From positions 18,117,844 through 18,181,843 of the forward strand of contig NC_068992.1 of the NCBI RefSeq assembly GCF_001194135.2: a DNA stretch of 64,000 bases, in the 5' to 3' direction. This document shows positions 12,763-26,985 of the stretch, piece by piece (positions within the stretch are counted from its first letter, which is position 1; the number at the start of each line of letters is the position of its first letter). This DNA comes from Octopus bimaculoides (Eukaryota). Below the pieces are notes generated by a model, which did not search any database, had not been told where the DNA came from, and saw nothing but the letters and a program-made list of their open reading frames with translations. Made by a program: the position numbers and the translations under genes.

Positions 12763-13879
12763 ACGAGTAACGTTCAACATTAGCATTGTTATGAAAGATG
12801 TTATGGGGTCACAGTATTACTTATGGAACGGCTCAATTAAATGTGGCAGCAGAAACCTACGTTTATTGCTTTTAAGTTTACACTACTCCTTGTAAATAGT
12901 ACTTGCATTTCGATATTATTATTAGAAATAACAATGATGGAATATCAGATAGAATGTTAAATTCCTTAAAATACATAATTTGATGTTTCGTTCTGAGTTC
13001 AAATTCCAGTACCTATCGAATTATTTTGTTCCATTTCTCTTCTGAAATTGATGAGGCAAATACGCGTCAAATACAGATTATCGACTAGATCGCCTGTATC
13101 ACAATTGATGCAAAACTTGACCTTGTATCTAGTTAAAGGAAACCAATATTACGTATTTTATATTAACAATGGAAGACTGGCCTCTTGTTTATATATTGAC
13201 ACTTTCCATCCTGCTCATTCTAAGATATTTATTTTATGACCATACATTGTCCTTTCCAAACCTAATATAAACTGACTCACTGTATCGTAGAAAAATATGC
13301 ATTATATCTAACTTGACGTCTAGCAAAGAAAAGAAACTGAAATAAACATTGAGAAAGATATATTAATTCAGAATTATAAGCCAAGTGTCTCCCGTCAATA
13401 CAAATAGAGGTTATTTATCAAATTGCACCAGCTGAATGTTTGAATATTCTTAAACGTAAGCAATGTCATTGTCAATTGGTAAGTATTTTCTTCCTGCAAA
13501 TTTTGCTTTTCATTCATTGATTAACGGGATTTTCTAATTTTTTTTTCTTTTTGTTTTGTATGTGTGTGTATGTATGTCTTTTCTTGTGGTTTAGTGTGTT
13601 TGTGTGTTCTTCTTGGTTGCTGAACATTGCACAGGCGTTTATCACCAGACGTCAATAACAAATGGCATTCTACTTTCGAAGTTCTTATTAGAAAAGGGGG
13701 AAAATTCGACGAGGCGTGAAGAAAGTAAATTTATCACCGAGGCTTTTACTTATTACATCCATTTCACGCTTGAATGAGCTCCACGTTGTGATCTTTCATA
13801 TTCTAACTTTATCTGTTGCATTTCATTTCTTTTCAGTTATTATTTAGTCTTTGTTAACTTATTTAATTTATATGACAAC

Positions 13880-13921
13880 AAATAATAATAACAATAACAA
13901 CAACAATAGCAATACTAATGC

Positions 13922-13980
<59 letters not shown>

Positions 13981-14000
13981 GTATTAATAATAATAATAAT
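13880..14000. repeat. (AAT)n/(AAC)n microsatellite
   Basis: Direct sequence. Confidence 0.95.
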
Positions 14001-14139
14001 ATATTTTGCTATTTTCACCACTGCCTTTTTATAGAATAAAAGAGTTATAGACAGGGGTTCGAAAATATGAAGAACTAAACAAAGGTTTAGAAAATTGAGA
14101 AGAAGGACAAAACAATCATGCAATATATATATTCACATA

Positions 14140-15042
14140 AGGCGACGAGCTGGCAGAAATGTTAGCATGCCGGGCGAAGTGCTTCGTAGTATGTCGTCTG
14201 TCTTTACGTTCTGAGTTCAAATTACGCCGAGGTCGACTTTGCCTTTCATCCTTTGGGAGGTCGATAAATTAAGTACCAGTTCCGTACTGGTGTCGATCTA
14301 CTGATCCCTTCCTTGCATACTCGCCCCTTCCCCCAAAATTTCGGGCCTTTTGCCTGGAGTAGAAGAGACTATATATATAGGAACATGTTGAACTATTCTT
14401 TTCTACTCGAGGCACAAGGCCCGAAATTTGGGGGAAGGGGCCAAATTAGATCGCCCCGCAGTACGCAACTGGTACTTAATTTAAGGATGAAAGGCAAAGT
14501 CGATCTCGGCGGAATTTGAACTCAGAACCTAAAGACAGATGGGAACATGTTAAAATATTGATTTTAAATTTTAGCTCAACGCCAGCAATTTCGAGGCAGA
14601 TGTTATATCGATTACATCGATTACAGTACTTTGCTGCTACTTATATTATCGACGCTGATAGGATGAAAAGTAAAGTCGACCACTGTAGAATTTGACCTCA
14701 GGACGTAAAGACGGACGAAATGGCGCTAAGAATTTTGTCCGGCGTGCTAACGATTCTTCAAGCTTCCCGCTTTCGAACATGTTAACATATTGATGGAAAT
14801 GAAACTCAGAAAAATAGATACTCACATTGGTTTCAAATTTTGGCACAAGGCCAGAAATTTCGAGGAAAGAGGTAAGTGAATTACATCGACATCAGTGATC
14901 AAGTGTTACTTATTTTATTGAACCTCAAAGGATGAAAGGCAACGTCGACCCCGGTGGTATTTGATATTTGAACTGAGAGCGTAAAGCCGGAAGACATGCT
15001 ACTAAACATTTTGTCTGATGCCGTAACGATTCTACCAGCACA
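14140..15042. mobile_element. Cluster of four family B SINEs: + 14140-14368; - 14396-14540, 14575-14770, 14830-15042
   Basis: Family B core occurs four times, in mixed orientation. Confidence 0.85.
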
Positions 15043-16248
15043 CCTCCTGGAAAAGATTCTTATAATATTAAAATGTAATACTCTAAATGTTCTATAATTA
15101 TATAGACTAACCATGAAAAGCATTTCAGGTAACTCATCATCACAATATGAGAGTCCATCATATTGTTGGGGTCAGAGAGCACCACTGACAAAATTTCGCT
15201 CTAAACTGTTTTGTTAACATTGTTGTCTTGGTTACAAACTGTTCTACTTACTTGCAAGATGCTGCAGTTCGTTTAGGTAATCCATAAAACCCTGTTTAAT
15301 TTTCTAAATTCTTTGAGGCTTGGGCCTTCTGAGAGACGATAGTCTCCTAGTGTATATTTTAATCTACGATTATATTCTGTGACAAGTGAGAGCCTCCGTT
15401 TGTCAGTTCTATACACATTGCCTTGTTGACACTTGCTGTGCGAAGTGCCCTTCATTTTTCTCTTATCAGCAATGTTTCCCACAAGTTACCTAACCTATTT
15501 GCTCTGGCGCCAGTGATGGGGTTGGTGGTAATTGTAGTTGTTACACGAAAGGTTCCTTTTTTTCGATGGATGTTGGCTAAAACAATGCGGTAATGTCATA
15601 TTCCAGCGTCCTTAATGTCCCAAACGATTCTGGAACTAGAAATACTGTTAAAACATTAACTCCTGGGACCTGTGATTTTATTTGTTGGTTCTGATCTTCC
15701 GTCGTTAACTTTAGACTATCTTAGACCATCAGGGAAGAAAGTTCTTAACCGGTTTTACAGTCACGTGTGTAACAGAAGCTTCTTCTATACTAAGCAATCA
15801 GCTTCAAGGATTCTGGTTCAGTATATACAGTAGGAATTTACTCCGAAATTTCTGGAGAGAAGATTATTGAGATGTGTCTGTCTCTGTAAAAGACACCCGA
15901 ACAGATCTCTCGGACACATTGATGTTTAACACCTGCTCCTTCTCAATTTCGAAACTGAAGACAAGCCAAGGGTGGACGTCTCTATAAATATCTTTAACCA
16001 TAACGTTTCAGTTATGCCACGCTAGATGCTTCGAAATGCTGATGTAATTTCTTTTGTCTTGGTTCGATAAAAACAAAATAAGGTTTTTATGTAACTGAGG
16101 GACGTATCTTTGCCAGATACGTCATAATCTGGGCCCATGTTGGTGGTACCAGCAAATAAATATATTTCAAAAAGGATTCACGGTTTTATAATTCAAACTT
16201 TTGGCGGAATACGTGTATTTGTGCGTGTGATAATGTGTATATTGGAAG

Positions 16249-16452
16249 ACGGTGAGCTTGCAGAAACGTTCGCACACCGTGCGAAATGCTTAGCAGTATT
16301 TCGTCTGTCTGTACGTACTGACTTCAAATTCCGCCGAGGTCGGCTTTGCCTTTTATCCTTTCGGGGTCGATAAATTAAGTACCGTAATGATATCGATCTT
16401 ATCCACTGGCCCCTTCCATCAAAATTTCGGGCCTTGTGCCTAGAGTAGAAAC
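16249..16452 (+). mobile_element. SINE family B
   Basis: gacggtgagcttgcagaaacgttcgcac...gcctttTatcctttcggggtcgataaattaagtacc...gggccttgtgcctagagtagaa. Confidence 0.85.
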
Positions 16453-19400
16453 GATATTGTGTATATTGGCGTTGTTGCTACTATTCGCATTGTTCTGTCA
16501 GAAATTTAATATTTTTCGTTCATTTTATGAAAGTATATACAGAATTTATATGTATATTTTTATATTTTTTCAGTCTGCTGTCTGGAAAAAGGTGTTTGTT
16601 TTCGTTCCATTTCCTTCAGGTGGTATTATAAACGCTGTTATGTAGCCACATTTATAAAAAGTGTAGAGAAATATCTCCTTTGCAAATTAAAGTATTTCCA
16701 CCTAAATAGCAAAGAATTAATGCGATTAAATAAACGCCTACTTTCACCAGCTATTAATTTTGCATTAAAAATAATTTTTTCCACGAGAATATGAGTGAGC
16801 AAAACAAAAAAATCAGCCGACTATTTGAACACGAAACAACAACAGCAACAATAATGGCATGAAATTTTGGCAAAATGCCAGCAATTTTAGGGAAAGAGAA
16901 TTCGACACCATCAGGCCCATAGTACTTGACTGGTACATTATTTTACTGATCCCGGAGAAATGAAATGTCTAGCAGACCTGGCTCTACATGCAGTGTTGCC
17001 CCCCATCGACTTCTGATAAATTTATATTCCAGTCATTCCTAGTGTAGAGTCAATATGAATTTCGTGTCCGACGCTATTACGGTGAAATCGTCTCAAAAAA
17101 TGCGAATATGATTTTTCGCATCAGTTCTCGAAGAATATTCATTGAAAACACAAATTTCTGCAGTAGTTGCTTCTGGATCAGTACGTACCGAAGGAGAAAC
17201 GGGGAGTAACTTTGTCAGACCGATTGCTTGACGCTGAAAGATTCCAACAGGTGGCGGTTTGGTCTAACTATCTCAGTATATTGCAACGTTTCAGCAGCTT
17301 AAGATGGCTAAAAATCAGGCGTCTTCAGTACAAATGCCAAATATTCATTCTCGCCCCTAACAAAAGCTCATTGATTTGAATTAACCAGGGCCCCACCAAT
17401 GCTAAGTGCTTTACCCAACCTTTACTATTATGTATCCTGTAGTGAGACGGTTATCATGGGTTGTGTTTAGCATGAAACATATCTGTGATTCACCCACCGC
17501 AGTAACAACAGGCATCAGCATCTAAGCTAAGACCTTGACGAAAAACTCTTGAGCTATTGGATTTAGCAATGTTACGGGTCTAAAGTTGTTAAAATCATGC
17601 TCAGAATTCAAGCTTTTTCTGGGACTGGGAGATCTCTTTTTTCTGACAGATGCCTACAAACAAGCCTGGCATATAAACTAAGCGACGACCATCGTGCTCC
17701 GGCGCCTTTTCTCGCTTGCGCCCTGTTAATATCCGGGTTTATGATTGGAGGTTCTCTAGAAACAGAGCAAGTAGTATCTATGATTTTCAAATCTGAGGCC
17801 TGCTACTGAACCATCCGCTTTTCCTTCTTTTGACATCACCCCTTTCTGGTTCTTTTCTGTAGATGTCTCACAGTAATGTCGACAAAATATGCTCCGAGAC
17901 TAACAATGGTCGAAGACTTATAATGTAGTAATTTTCTCTCCAAATGCACAGCCTCCAAATTTCACCTGCTTCAGGAATAATAGTTCACTAGTACAAATAT
18001 TAACTTCCACTTGTCTTTAGAAATGTTGACAGCGAAAACGTAATAGAGCTTTAATGTAGAGACAGACCAACAAAGTATCATATGTCTGACGTTATTCTCG
18101 CTAAAAAAATGACAATAGCGAATTAATTATCGATGTGGTTTACCAGACTTTCATGCCATGAATATGGACTCTATAGTAATCACTACGTCTAAATTCTGTT
18201 TGAGTTTCATAGACACTGTTAGTAGCTATTACAGGTTTTCTGCGACTCCAAGTGACAAAGATGTTATTTACTTTAGTCTATCTATAGTCATTATGCCTCA
18301 ACAGTTATGATAGGCTCCAAACAGAAATTAGTGAATCACGTATTTGTGATATGTATTTGCCTCTATAGATTGGATGATCGTTGTTAAGTAGCATGAATTA
18401 TATTTCTGTTCAGACCATTAATTTCTCTTTCATTATGTATACGGTCTCTGTAGGAGGTTGAGCATAGTTAAGTCAACTGATACTGATTCGCTTATAGTTA
18501 TGATACTTGCGTTACTATAACTAAACGGGGAAAATCATAAAGTACGCACTTGAATGAATGCGATTAAACAATTAAATTGCTGCTCTACTATTTACTGAAA
18601 ATTCGGACTTTCAGCATAAATTAAATGCTTTTACCTGAACGAAGAATTCGGACAAGTTGTATGACAGTTAATGAAGTAAAAGTATTGCAAGTGTACACAT
18701 TCAAAGTATATTTATCTATCTTTCTCTGCAGAATTCGAACTGATCACTAACAAATTGCCGAGGCTTTTTTTGCCTTAGTCCAGATAATTCTAGACATATG
18801 TGAATACGTGATTCTTAGTTAATACGTTCATATATANNNNNNNNNNNNNNNNNNNNNNNNNNNNNNNNNNNNNNNNNNNNNNNNNNNNNNNNNNNNNNNN
18901 NNNNNNNNNNNNNNNNNNNNNNNNNNNNNNNNNNNNNNNNNNNNNNNNNNNNNNNNNNNNNNNNNNNNNNNNNNNNNNNNNNNNNNNNNNNNNNNNNNNN
19001 NNNNNNNNNNNNNNNNNNNNNNNNNNNNNNNNNNNNNNNNNNNNNNNNNNNNNNNNNNNNNNNNNNNNNNNNNNNNNNNNNNNNNNNNNNNNNNNNNNNN
19101 NNNNNNNNNNNNNNNNNNNNNNNNNNNNNNNNNNNNNNNNNNNNNNNNNNNNNNNNNNNNNNNNNNNNNNNNNNNNNNNNNNNNNNNNNNNNNNNNNNNN
19201 NNNNNNNNNNNNNNNNNNNNNNNNNNNNNNNNNNNNNNNNNNNNNNNNNNNNNNNNNNNNNNNNNNNNNNNNNNNNNNNNNNNNNNNNNNNNNNNNNNNN
19301 NNNNNNNNNNNNNNNNNNNNNNNNNNNNNNNNNNNNNNNNNNNNNNNNNNNNNNNNNNNNNNNNNNNNNNNNNNNNNNNNNNNNNNNNNNNNNNNNNNNN

Positions 19401-19797
19401 NNNNNNNNNNNNNNNNNNNNNNNNNNNNNNNNNNNNNNNNNNNNNNNNNNNNNNNNNNNNNNNNNNNNNNNNNNNNNNNNNNNNNNNNNNNNNNNNNNNN
19501 NNNNNNNNNNNNNNNNNNNNNNNNNNNNNNNNNNNNNNNNNNNNNNNNNNNNNNNNNNNNNNNNNNNNNNNNNNNNNNNNNNNNNNNNNNNNNNGGACAG
19601 AGAAAGAGGGAGAGAGTGGCAGAAAGAGAGAGACATGTGTGTTTGTATATTTGACAGTGTGTATATCGCAGTATTAGTAGCAATAGTAGTTTTAGTTGCA
19701 GCAGTAGTAGTAAAGCGGTATCTAGTTATAGATTCGGGAAAATCCTGATATAAATTAAGTTTAATGCTGAAAAGAATTGCAAAAATGGCTAAAAAAT

Positions 19798-19869
19798 TCT
19801 CTCTCTCTCTCTCTCTGTCTCTCTCTGTCTCTGTCTCTCTCTGTCTCTGTCTCTCTCTGTCTCTGTCTC

Positions 19870-19921
<52 letters not shown>

Positions 19922-19922
19922 T
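19798..19922. repeat. (CT)n/(CTGT)n + (CA)n compound microsatellite
   Basis: Direct sequence. Confidence 0.95.
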
Positions 19923-21228
19923 CAAATCAAAATCAACACGTTAGTAGAAGTTTGTTTCGGGAATTATTTTCTTTCGAAGACCTTCAACATACAAAAGATA
20001 AATTCTCGTTACTACATTCGTTTATTTATCTGATAAAAGAGAAAAATCGCTCTCGATGGGATTCACGGCATATATTGTTTCTATATTTGGAATCTAACAT
20101 CATTAACAGAAACCAGCATATCAACCATCAATTTTGAAGCTTACTGCTATGGGCCTACAATTGTAGCTATTACTAGCTCGAGGTATATACTCTCTACTTG
20201 ATGAAGATTGAGCCTTCGAGAGCGATATGCACTTTGTAGTAGAATTCCCCCAAAGGTCTCCAGTAAACTATAAACTGCATCTTCATGGAAGCATCGCCAG
20301 AATAGTGACAGTAAATATGTTATTGAACCCCAACGAAATGATAAATATATTTGCAGTTAGAAATATATCAACAGATGGATTGTTTTGCAGCTGGATTAAA
20401 TACGTTTAAGCTAATAGTCAGTAATCCACATTTGTTTCAGAAATATAGAAATCTGATCAATCATTTCAGTTTAACATAACGTATTGGATCCTTGAAATCC
20501 TATCTTCTCAATATGTTACTTAATTTATCGAAAGGCTAAACTTGGATCGGAGCTACTAAATCTTACCCCAACTCATAACGTTATCGATGTTCGTTTTATA
20601 GATCTAATATTATACGAGTCAGCTGTGAAAATATCGTGGGGAATTGAATCAAAATATCGGGAAATTCACATTGTGCATTACTGGAGTACACATAAATTTA
20701 TTCCGGTGAAATAAGGAATGAAATAGACAACGAGGGTAGGGAAAGCGAGAGACAAGGTGGGAAATATGTTGGCGGAATTGGTTGAACGACCGACCAATCA
20801 TTTGTATTACTTTTGGATACTCCATATTTCTAGTTTAAATCGACTAAAACTTCTATTACTTTATCTTGTTGTAAAATCAGTACAAAATATGTATTATATT
20901 CGAACTCTTCCTTACAACTTTTACTATATGTAGCATTCAAAAGTATAGTACACAATCGATATCAAATAAATATCATTATTCAAACCGTGTCACTATGATA
21001 AGTATATTCTACATCTCAGTGCTAATACTCAAACATGCTAGACTACATTCAAAGCATACCGAGCAATTCATTCACAAATACAATACAACACCTAGACTAT
21101 AGGCATACATTTTACTCAAGCATTGTTCTTAGCTACCATCTGCCCCTTTGAACTAGTTAACATCTTATGTCCCAAGCACAAGTAGTGAACACTTATCTTC
21201 TGTTTTGTATTCTATATCAACCCCAACA

Positions 21229-21616
21229 GTGGAGGCGCAATGGCCCAGTGGTTAGGGCAGCGGACTAGCGGTCATAGGATCGCGGTTTCGATTTCCAGAC
21301 CGGGCGTTGTGAGTGTTTATTGAGCGAAAACACCTAAAGCTCCACGATGCTCCGGCAGGGGATGGTGGCGAACCCTGCTGTATTCTTTCACCACAACTTT
21401 CTCTCACTCTTACTTCCTGTTGCTGTTGTGCCTGTAATTCAAAAGGTCAGCTTTGTCACACTGTGTCACGCTGAATATCCCCGAGAACTACGTTGAGGGT
21501 ACACGTGTCTGTGGAGTGCTCAGCCACTTGCACGCTAATTTCACGAGGAGGCTGTTCCGTTGATCGGTTTAACTGGAACCCTCGTCGTCGTAAGCGACGG
21601 AGTGTCAACAACAAAA
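21229..21616 (+). mobile_element. Full-length SINE family A with 13-bp TSD (1 mismatch)
   Basis: Head gtggaggcgcaatggcccagtggttagg (box A) and ggtttcgatttcc (box B); TSD atcaaccccaaca 21216-21228 / atcagccccaaca 21617-21629. Confidence 0.93.
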
Positions 21617-21809
21617 ATCAGCCCCAACATCTCTGCACGTAGATCTCGCATTATAAATAATTTAGTAACTCCCTCCCATAATTGACATTTGCAATGCAGT
21701 ATAATATTTTTTTTCATGAGGTCTAATGCTCGTAAGCTAGATAACCGATTTCTATGGCTTGTAAGCGATCACAACATTCTCCCGAACGTTACACTGGCCG
21801 TAGCCAGGT

Positions 21810-22012
21810 TCAAGACCAGTACGTTTTGAACGAGGGGACAACTCGATTACCTCGATCTCAGCACGTGTCTGGTACTTTATTTCATCAATATCAAAAGGAC
21901 GAAAAGCAATGTTGACCTCAACGAAATTTAAATCGAATAACGTAAAGAATCGGGAGTAACGTCACTAAGCATTTTGACCGATATGCTAACAATTCTGCCG
22001 GTTCATCGCCTT
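21810..22012 (-). mobile_element. Diverged SINE family B
   Basis: Degenerate family B core and head. Confidence 0.7.
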
Positions 22013-23489
22013 AGTACAATAGAAGTTAGCACAACTTGTCATGTAACAATTCGTATTTCTAAGTTTATTATGATGTATCATTATCCATGTAGTGATCAAC
22101 AATAACATTCGACCACGACTAATTTAATTTCTTCACCTTTAACACTAGATATTTTCCCTATTGTACGTACACACAAACATACACATATTTGCTCATCGCT
22201 CTGCCCTATTCACCTTGTTCTATTTCCTACTATCTCCATCCCTACACCTGACATTTACCAAATTTATTGCTTCTACCCTTTCATACTGTGCTTATCCTTT
22301 TCTCCACCATCCTCAGATAGCGATTCTTCGCGTCTCCTATTAAAACTACAATCGGGTTTCTCCGCTTCTCGCATATTTATTAATTTCACTGTGCCATGCA
22401 TTTTGTATTTGATATTTGTGGAGGCATACTTTATTTAAGTATCCTCTGATTCAACTGCTTCACTTCTTTATACACACACATCTACACAAACACATGCGCG
22501 TGATTTTACTGATCAATGTCATTGAAAACCTTTATAAACACGTGTACTAAACCCATTTTATTCATAGCACATCACAGCAGGAGATTTGTGTGCATATAGC
22601 TCTGTAAACTGACAGCTATTATATATTTTTGGATTCATGAACGTAACATGCACAACGTATTCCTTAACATAAAGCACAATATACTTGCTATACAGAATGA
22701 ACAATGCATACAACTGGAGATATTTATGTTCTATATATTTATAACAAGGAATCTACGCCGTTAAAGCACCCATGATTCTGTCAGAGATAGAGAAAATATG
22801 TCATCCTTTTGTTGGTATGACGACAACGGTTTGGTTAGAAGCGTAACTTTTATTTTATACAGAAAATTTCGTTATGTTTTATCATATTATGCTTCGTTCA
22901 AAATAAAAATTCCGAAGGAAAATGTTTCACAAATTAACATTATTTATGACAACACAGAACGAAAAAAAAAAGTTATTAAGATGGAAAAAGAAAAACGAAT
23001 AACAAAAAAAAACAAAGCAAATTATTTATTATCTCTTAAACTAAACAATATTATAGAAAATTGCTCAATATATATGAAGAATTGATTATTTGTTTTCTAA
23101 TTTCGATCTGAATTCCCTACCAGGGAAATTTTTGGTTCACATTTACAGTTATATTATGGCTGATAGCTTTATTGCAAAATTCCTTCCTACCTCATTCAAA
23201 AAAAAAAGAAGAAACCAAAAAACACAGGAATCAGAAAAATAAAAAAAGAAAGAATTCATCTGCAATGGATTTCACAAAATACTGAAACTATTTTAAATAA
23301 AATAAAAAGGAATATCAAAGCCTTAAAATTTGTTTCTCTTTCAGTATCCATTCAAATTTTATGTGATTTCCATTTTCATGAGTTTTGCAAATGATTTTTA
23401 TACTTTTTCATTTGTCTATTAAAAGAAAGGTAAAATTATATTTTAGTATAAACTGTAAACAATTTGTCGGTTATTTTTTAGAAACGTCC

Positions 23490-23526
23490 TCATGTGTATA
23501 TATATATATATATATCCATATATATG

Positions 23527-23573
<47 letters not shown>

Positions 23574-23862
23574 ATTAATATATATATGCAAATATATTAA
23601 TATATATGTTCATATATATATTAATGTATATATATATATATATATATGCACATATATGTATTAATGTATATATATATATATATATGTACACATATATATT
23701 AATGTATATCTATATATGTACATATATATATCAATGTATATCTATATATTTACATATATATATTAATGTATATATATATATATATAATGTATGCATATGT
23801 CTATAGATATAGATATATATGTGTGTGTGTGTGTGTGAATGTATTTCATTTTCAGCATCAAA

Positions 23863-23937
<75 letters not shown>

Positions 23938-23950
23938 CATTATTATTATT
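23490..23950. repeat. (TA)n-derived higher-order repeat (recurring tattaatgtatata), followed by (GT)n and (TTA)n
   Basis: Direct sequence. Confidence 0.9.
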
Positions 23951-24734
23951 TGAGTTCAAATTTGAAAGAGATATATTTATTGCGTGCAATATTGGTTTCT
24001 TTTACCTGAACATAAGGCATCGAATTTACATAGGAGAGCAATAAAATAGTGTAGCGTTTGTGTCATTCTTCCAGCAGCATAAACAAGTGAAAACAATTTC
24101 AATTGGAAATATAATCCGGCTATTTGTCGTCTGCGCTATTTCATTCACAACAAATTTCTATTTTGGTGAATAGCGGAGTGGTGTGGTGATCCGAATGTTT
24201 TTCTTTGCGTCCATTTCTGACGTAAATGAAATGAAATTTATTCAAACCTGTTACAAAACCGTCTCGCGGGTCCTTCACTGCATCTATGTTTTGTTTTTAA
24301 TTATCACTATACTCACAATTTCAAACAACAAATATAAGTAAAAAAATAGTATGCTTACCTTACCGTACATGCAACCGTATGTGCAGACGTTTGTGTTTAG
24401 GTTCAAAGTATATTATATGTATTTTTTTTTGTATATTATATCTCTGAGTCTTTCTGAATTTCCAATATTTTTGTTTTGTCAATGGTAAAAAAATTCACTA
24501 AATATTAATAGCACTATGCGTTAGAGTGACCGACTGGATGAAAGATGCAAGCATTGTGCAGAAAAAAAAAACCTTCAGCGCTGACGTCAATAGTTAATAG
24601 TTAAAAATAATATTAATTCATTCAAAGATATTGCTCTGGTTTAGATTTTGTAGCGTTGCTTTGAACAGTTCAGTTGTATGTTATGGACAGCAGTCATGTA
24701 TTACTTACAAATATATAATGTAATGGACTTATCG

Positions 24735-24900
24735 GATGATGTAGTATGGTTCAATGGTTAAGAAATTCGCATTGTCCTCAAAGGGTCCTAGTTTCGATTC
24801 AATTACATGGTATATTGGATGACGTTCTTTTTTATATTCAGGTCGCGCCAAACCATTGCGATTGAAATTGTGTAAACGGAAGCTGTATAAAAGCTCGTCA
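24735..24900 (+). mobile_element. Highly diverged SINE family C fragment
   Basis: Residual similarity (tggttaagaaattcgc...gtaaacggaagctgtataaaagctcgtc). Confidence 0.5.
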
Positions 24901-25060
24901 AGTGAACTCTTTTACATGCAATTTAAAAGTAATACCTTTTCACATACCAAAGGGTTATTTAACGATAGTAATATCTGCGGAATACTCAACCACTTATTCG
25001 TTGAATCACTTGATTATACAAGTGAATGCTCAACACTGAAATCAACAGATATTCATTTAT

Positions 25061-25250
25061 AATAATCCCTCGACTATCGCAGGTGTTAGGTTCCAAAATA
25101 CTCCGCGGTAGGTGAAAACAATGAAGTAGAAACAGTATGGTATTGTATATATTTTATTATAAATGCAGAAAACAACACCACAGAAGAATGGACGTAAGTT
25201 TAAATAGTAAAGGCGCGATAGGTGAACCGCTATATGGCGAGGGATTACTT
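25061..25250 (+). mobile_element. Tc1/mariner (Tigger/pogo-like) MITE
   Basis: Terminal inverted repeats taatccctcg...cgagggatta; a second copy lies in reverse orientation at 55631-55852. Confidence 0.8.
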
Positions 25251-25309
25251 TATACTATTTTGCGGATACACTGAACAGATTTTATCTTTCAACGTCATAA
25301 AAAAGAATT

Positions 25310-25510
25310 AGACGGCAATGTGACAGAATCGTTAGCACGCCAGGCGGAATAGGCATTTCACCCATCTTTACGATTTGAGTTCCAACCTGTTGCGGTCTCC
25401 CTTGGCCTTTTATCCGTTTAAGGCCAGTGAATCGAGTGTCAGTCAAGTACTGGACTGATGTATTCGGTTTACCTCTCCCGAAAATTTGATGGCCTAGAGC
25501 CAAAATTTGA
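25310..25510 (+). mobile_element. Diverged SINE family B
   Basis: gacagaatcgttagcacgccagg head and cctagagcccaaaa tail. Confidence 0.65.
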
Positions 25511-26344
25511 AAGCAATATAATGAAAAGAATTGAAACACTGCGCGGTATTTAATCTAACGCTTTTCCATTTATGCAAACTGTTAACATTCTCTTTACAAA
25601 ACCACAGAGAAAGAGAATAGGAAAAGGATAAGGAAAAAGACATTCATGTTAATTCATTCAGTATAAAACAGTTGGAAATCGCGAGAAAACGTAAAATTCC
25701 GCTTCTTATTCTGGAACATATTTTATGGAATAAAAACAGCCAATAAACACAACGAAGACACACTGTTGTAATATGTTTCACGATATTTTAATTCTATCAG
25801 ACATAAGATTAAATCGATCACAAAAAACATCGATGATATAAAGTTAGGCCCAGATTAATATTTTCAGTTGACTTAACATTCAATACAATAACTAACAAAA
25901 ACAAACAAAAAAAGACATACATTATATGGTCCAGTAATGAGGATGTGAGCTGGGAGAGCCATAAGCGCATTGGAGAAAATGCCTTGAGCATTTCTTCCAA
26001 GATTTTATAAGTTCAAATCTCGCTGAGGTCAAATTTGCTTTTTATCCCTCCCATATACTTAAAATTAAATGCCAGTCAGTTACTGCAGTCCATACTATGA
26101 CTAATCTTGTTTGTTTCACATGTGTTGGCTTTGTTTCTGGATCAAAAGTATTTATCTTGACCAGATATATGTGAAAAGTCTACTTTACGTAACTCGTATC
26201 CGTATACTGCAGGGATTTATGGGAGCAAAATATTAATATTCCAAGAATTATTCAAAATATATTTTCCAAAATTCTAGCTGCGTTATACTTGCACTCGTCT
26301 CTGCTCGGATTGCCTTCAGGTTATGTAATTTTATGTATGTAAAT

Positions 26345-26985
26345 ATCATTTGACGGATATTTGTCCTTATCTTGTTTGTTGTTAACACAACGTTGAGACT
26401 GATACACTCTCCAGCCTTCATCACGGGTCTTGTGGAAATTTCGAACCTGGGTATTCATTCATAAGGTATTTTTCGATGTTATTATTACTATTCAGGAATC
26501 GAACACAGAATCTTGGGATTACTAGCCCGCGCTCTTTACCACTACGTCATATGCTCGTGAGCAATTAAAGAGTGAATTTTAGGGCTTATAAATCTAATAT
26601 TTTCCTGTCCTTCCTTAATACCGGTTCCCAAATGTTACTCATATCGGCACTCGGTCTGCTTAGGAGGTTACTATGTGCTAGCATATGTGCTGTTTCTTTT
26701 CAACATTATTTACATTATTTACATTTGACGGATATTTGTCCTCATCTTGCTTGTTGCTAGCTAACGTTTCGGATGATATACACTCCAGCCTTCATCAAGT
26801 GTCTTGGGGGAATTCCGAACCTGGGTTCTCATTTCCAAAATATTTTTGGATGTTATTATTATTATTATTATTATTATTATCATTATTATTATTATTATTA
26901 TTATTCAGGTCATTACCTGAAATCGAACTCGGAACCTTGGGGTTAGTAGCCCGTGCTCTTAACCACTACGCCATATGCCCATGGG
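26345..26985 (-). mobile_element. Two tandem copies of SINE family D (tRNA head, internal (AAT)n, Penelope/hammerhead-like tail): ~26345-26565 and ~26705-26985
   Basis: Both read catttgacggatatttgtcc...ctccagccttcatc...gaacctggg...(tta)n ttcagg...aatcgaac...agcccg(c/t)gctctt(t/a)accactacg on +. Confidence 0.85.

Noticed and set aside
21229-21300. tRNA-like sequences with box A/B
   Set aside because: These are SINE heads: no full cloverleaf, continuous with SINE bodies and flanked by TSDs.
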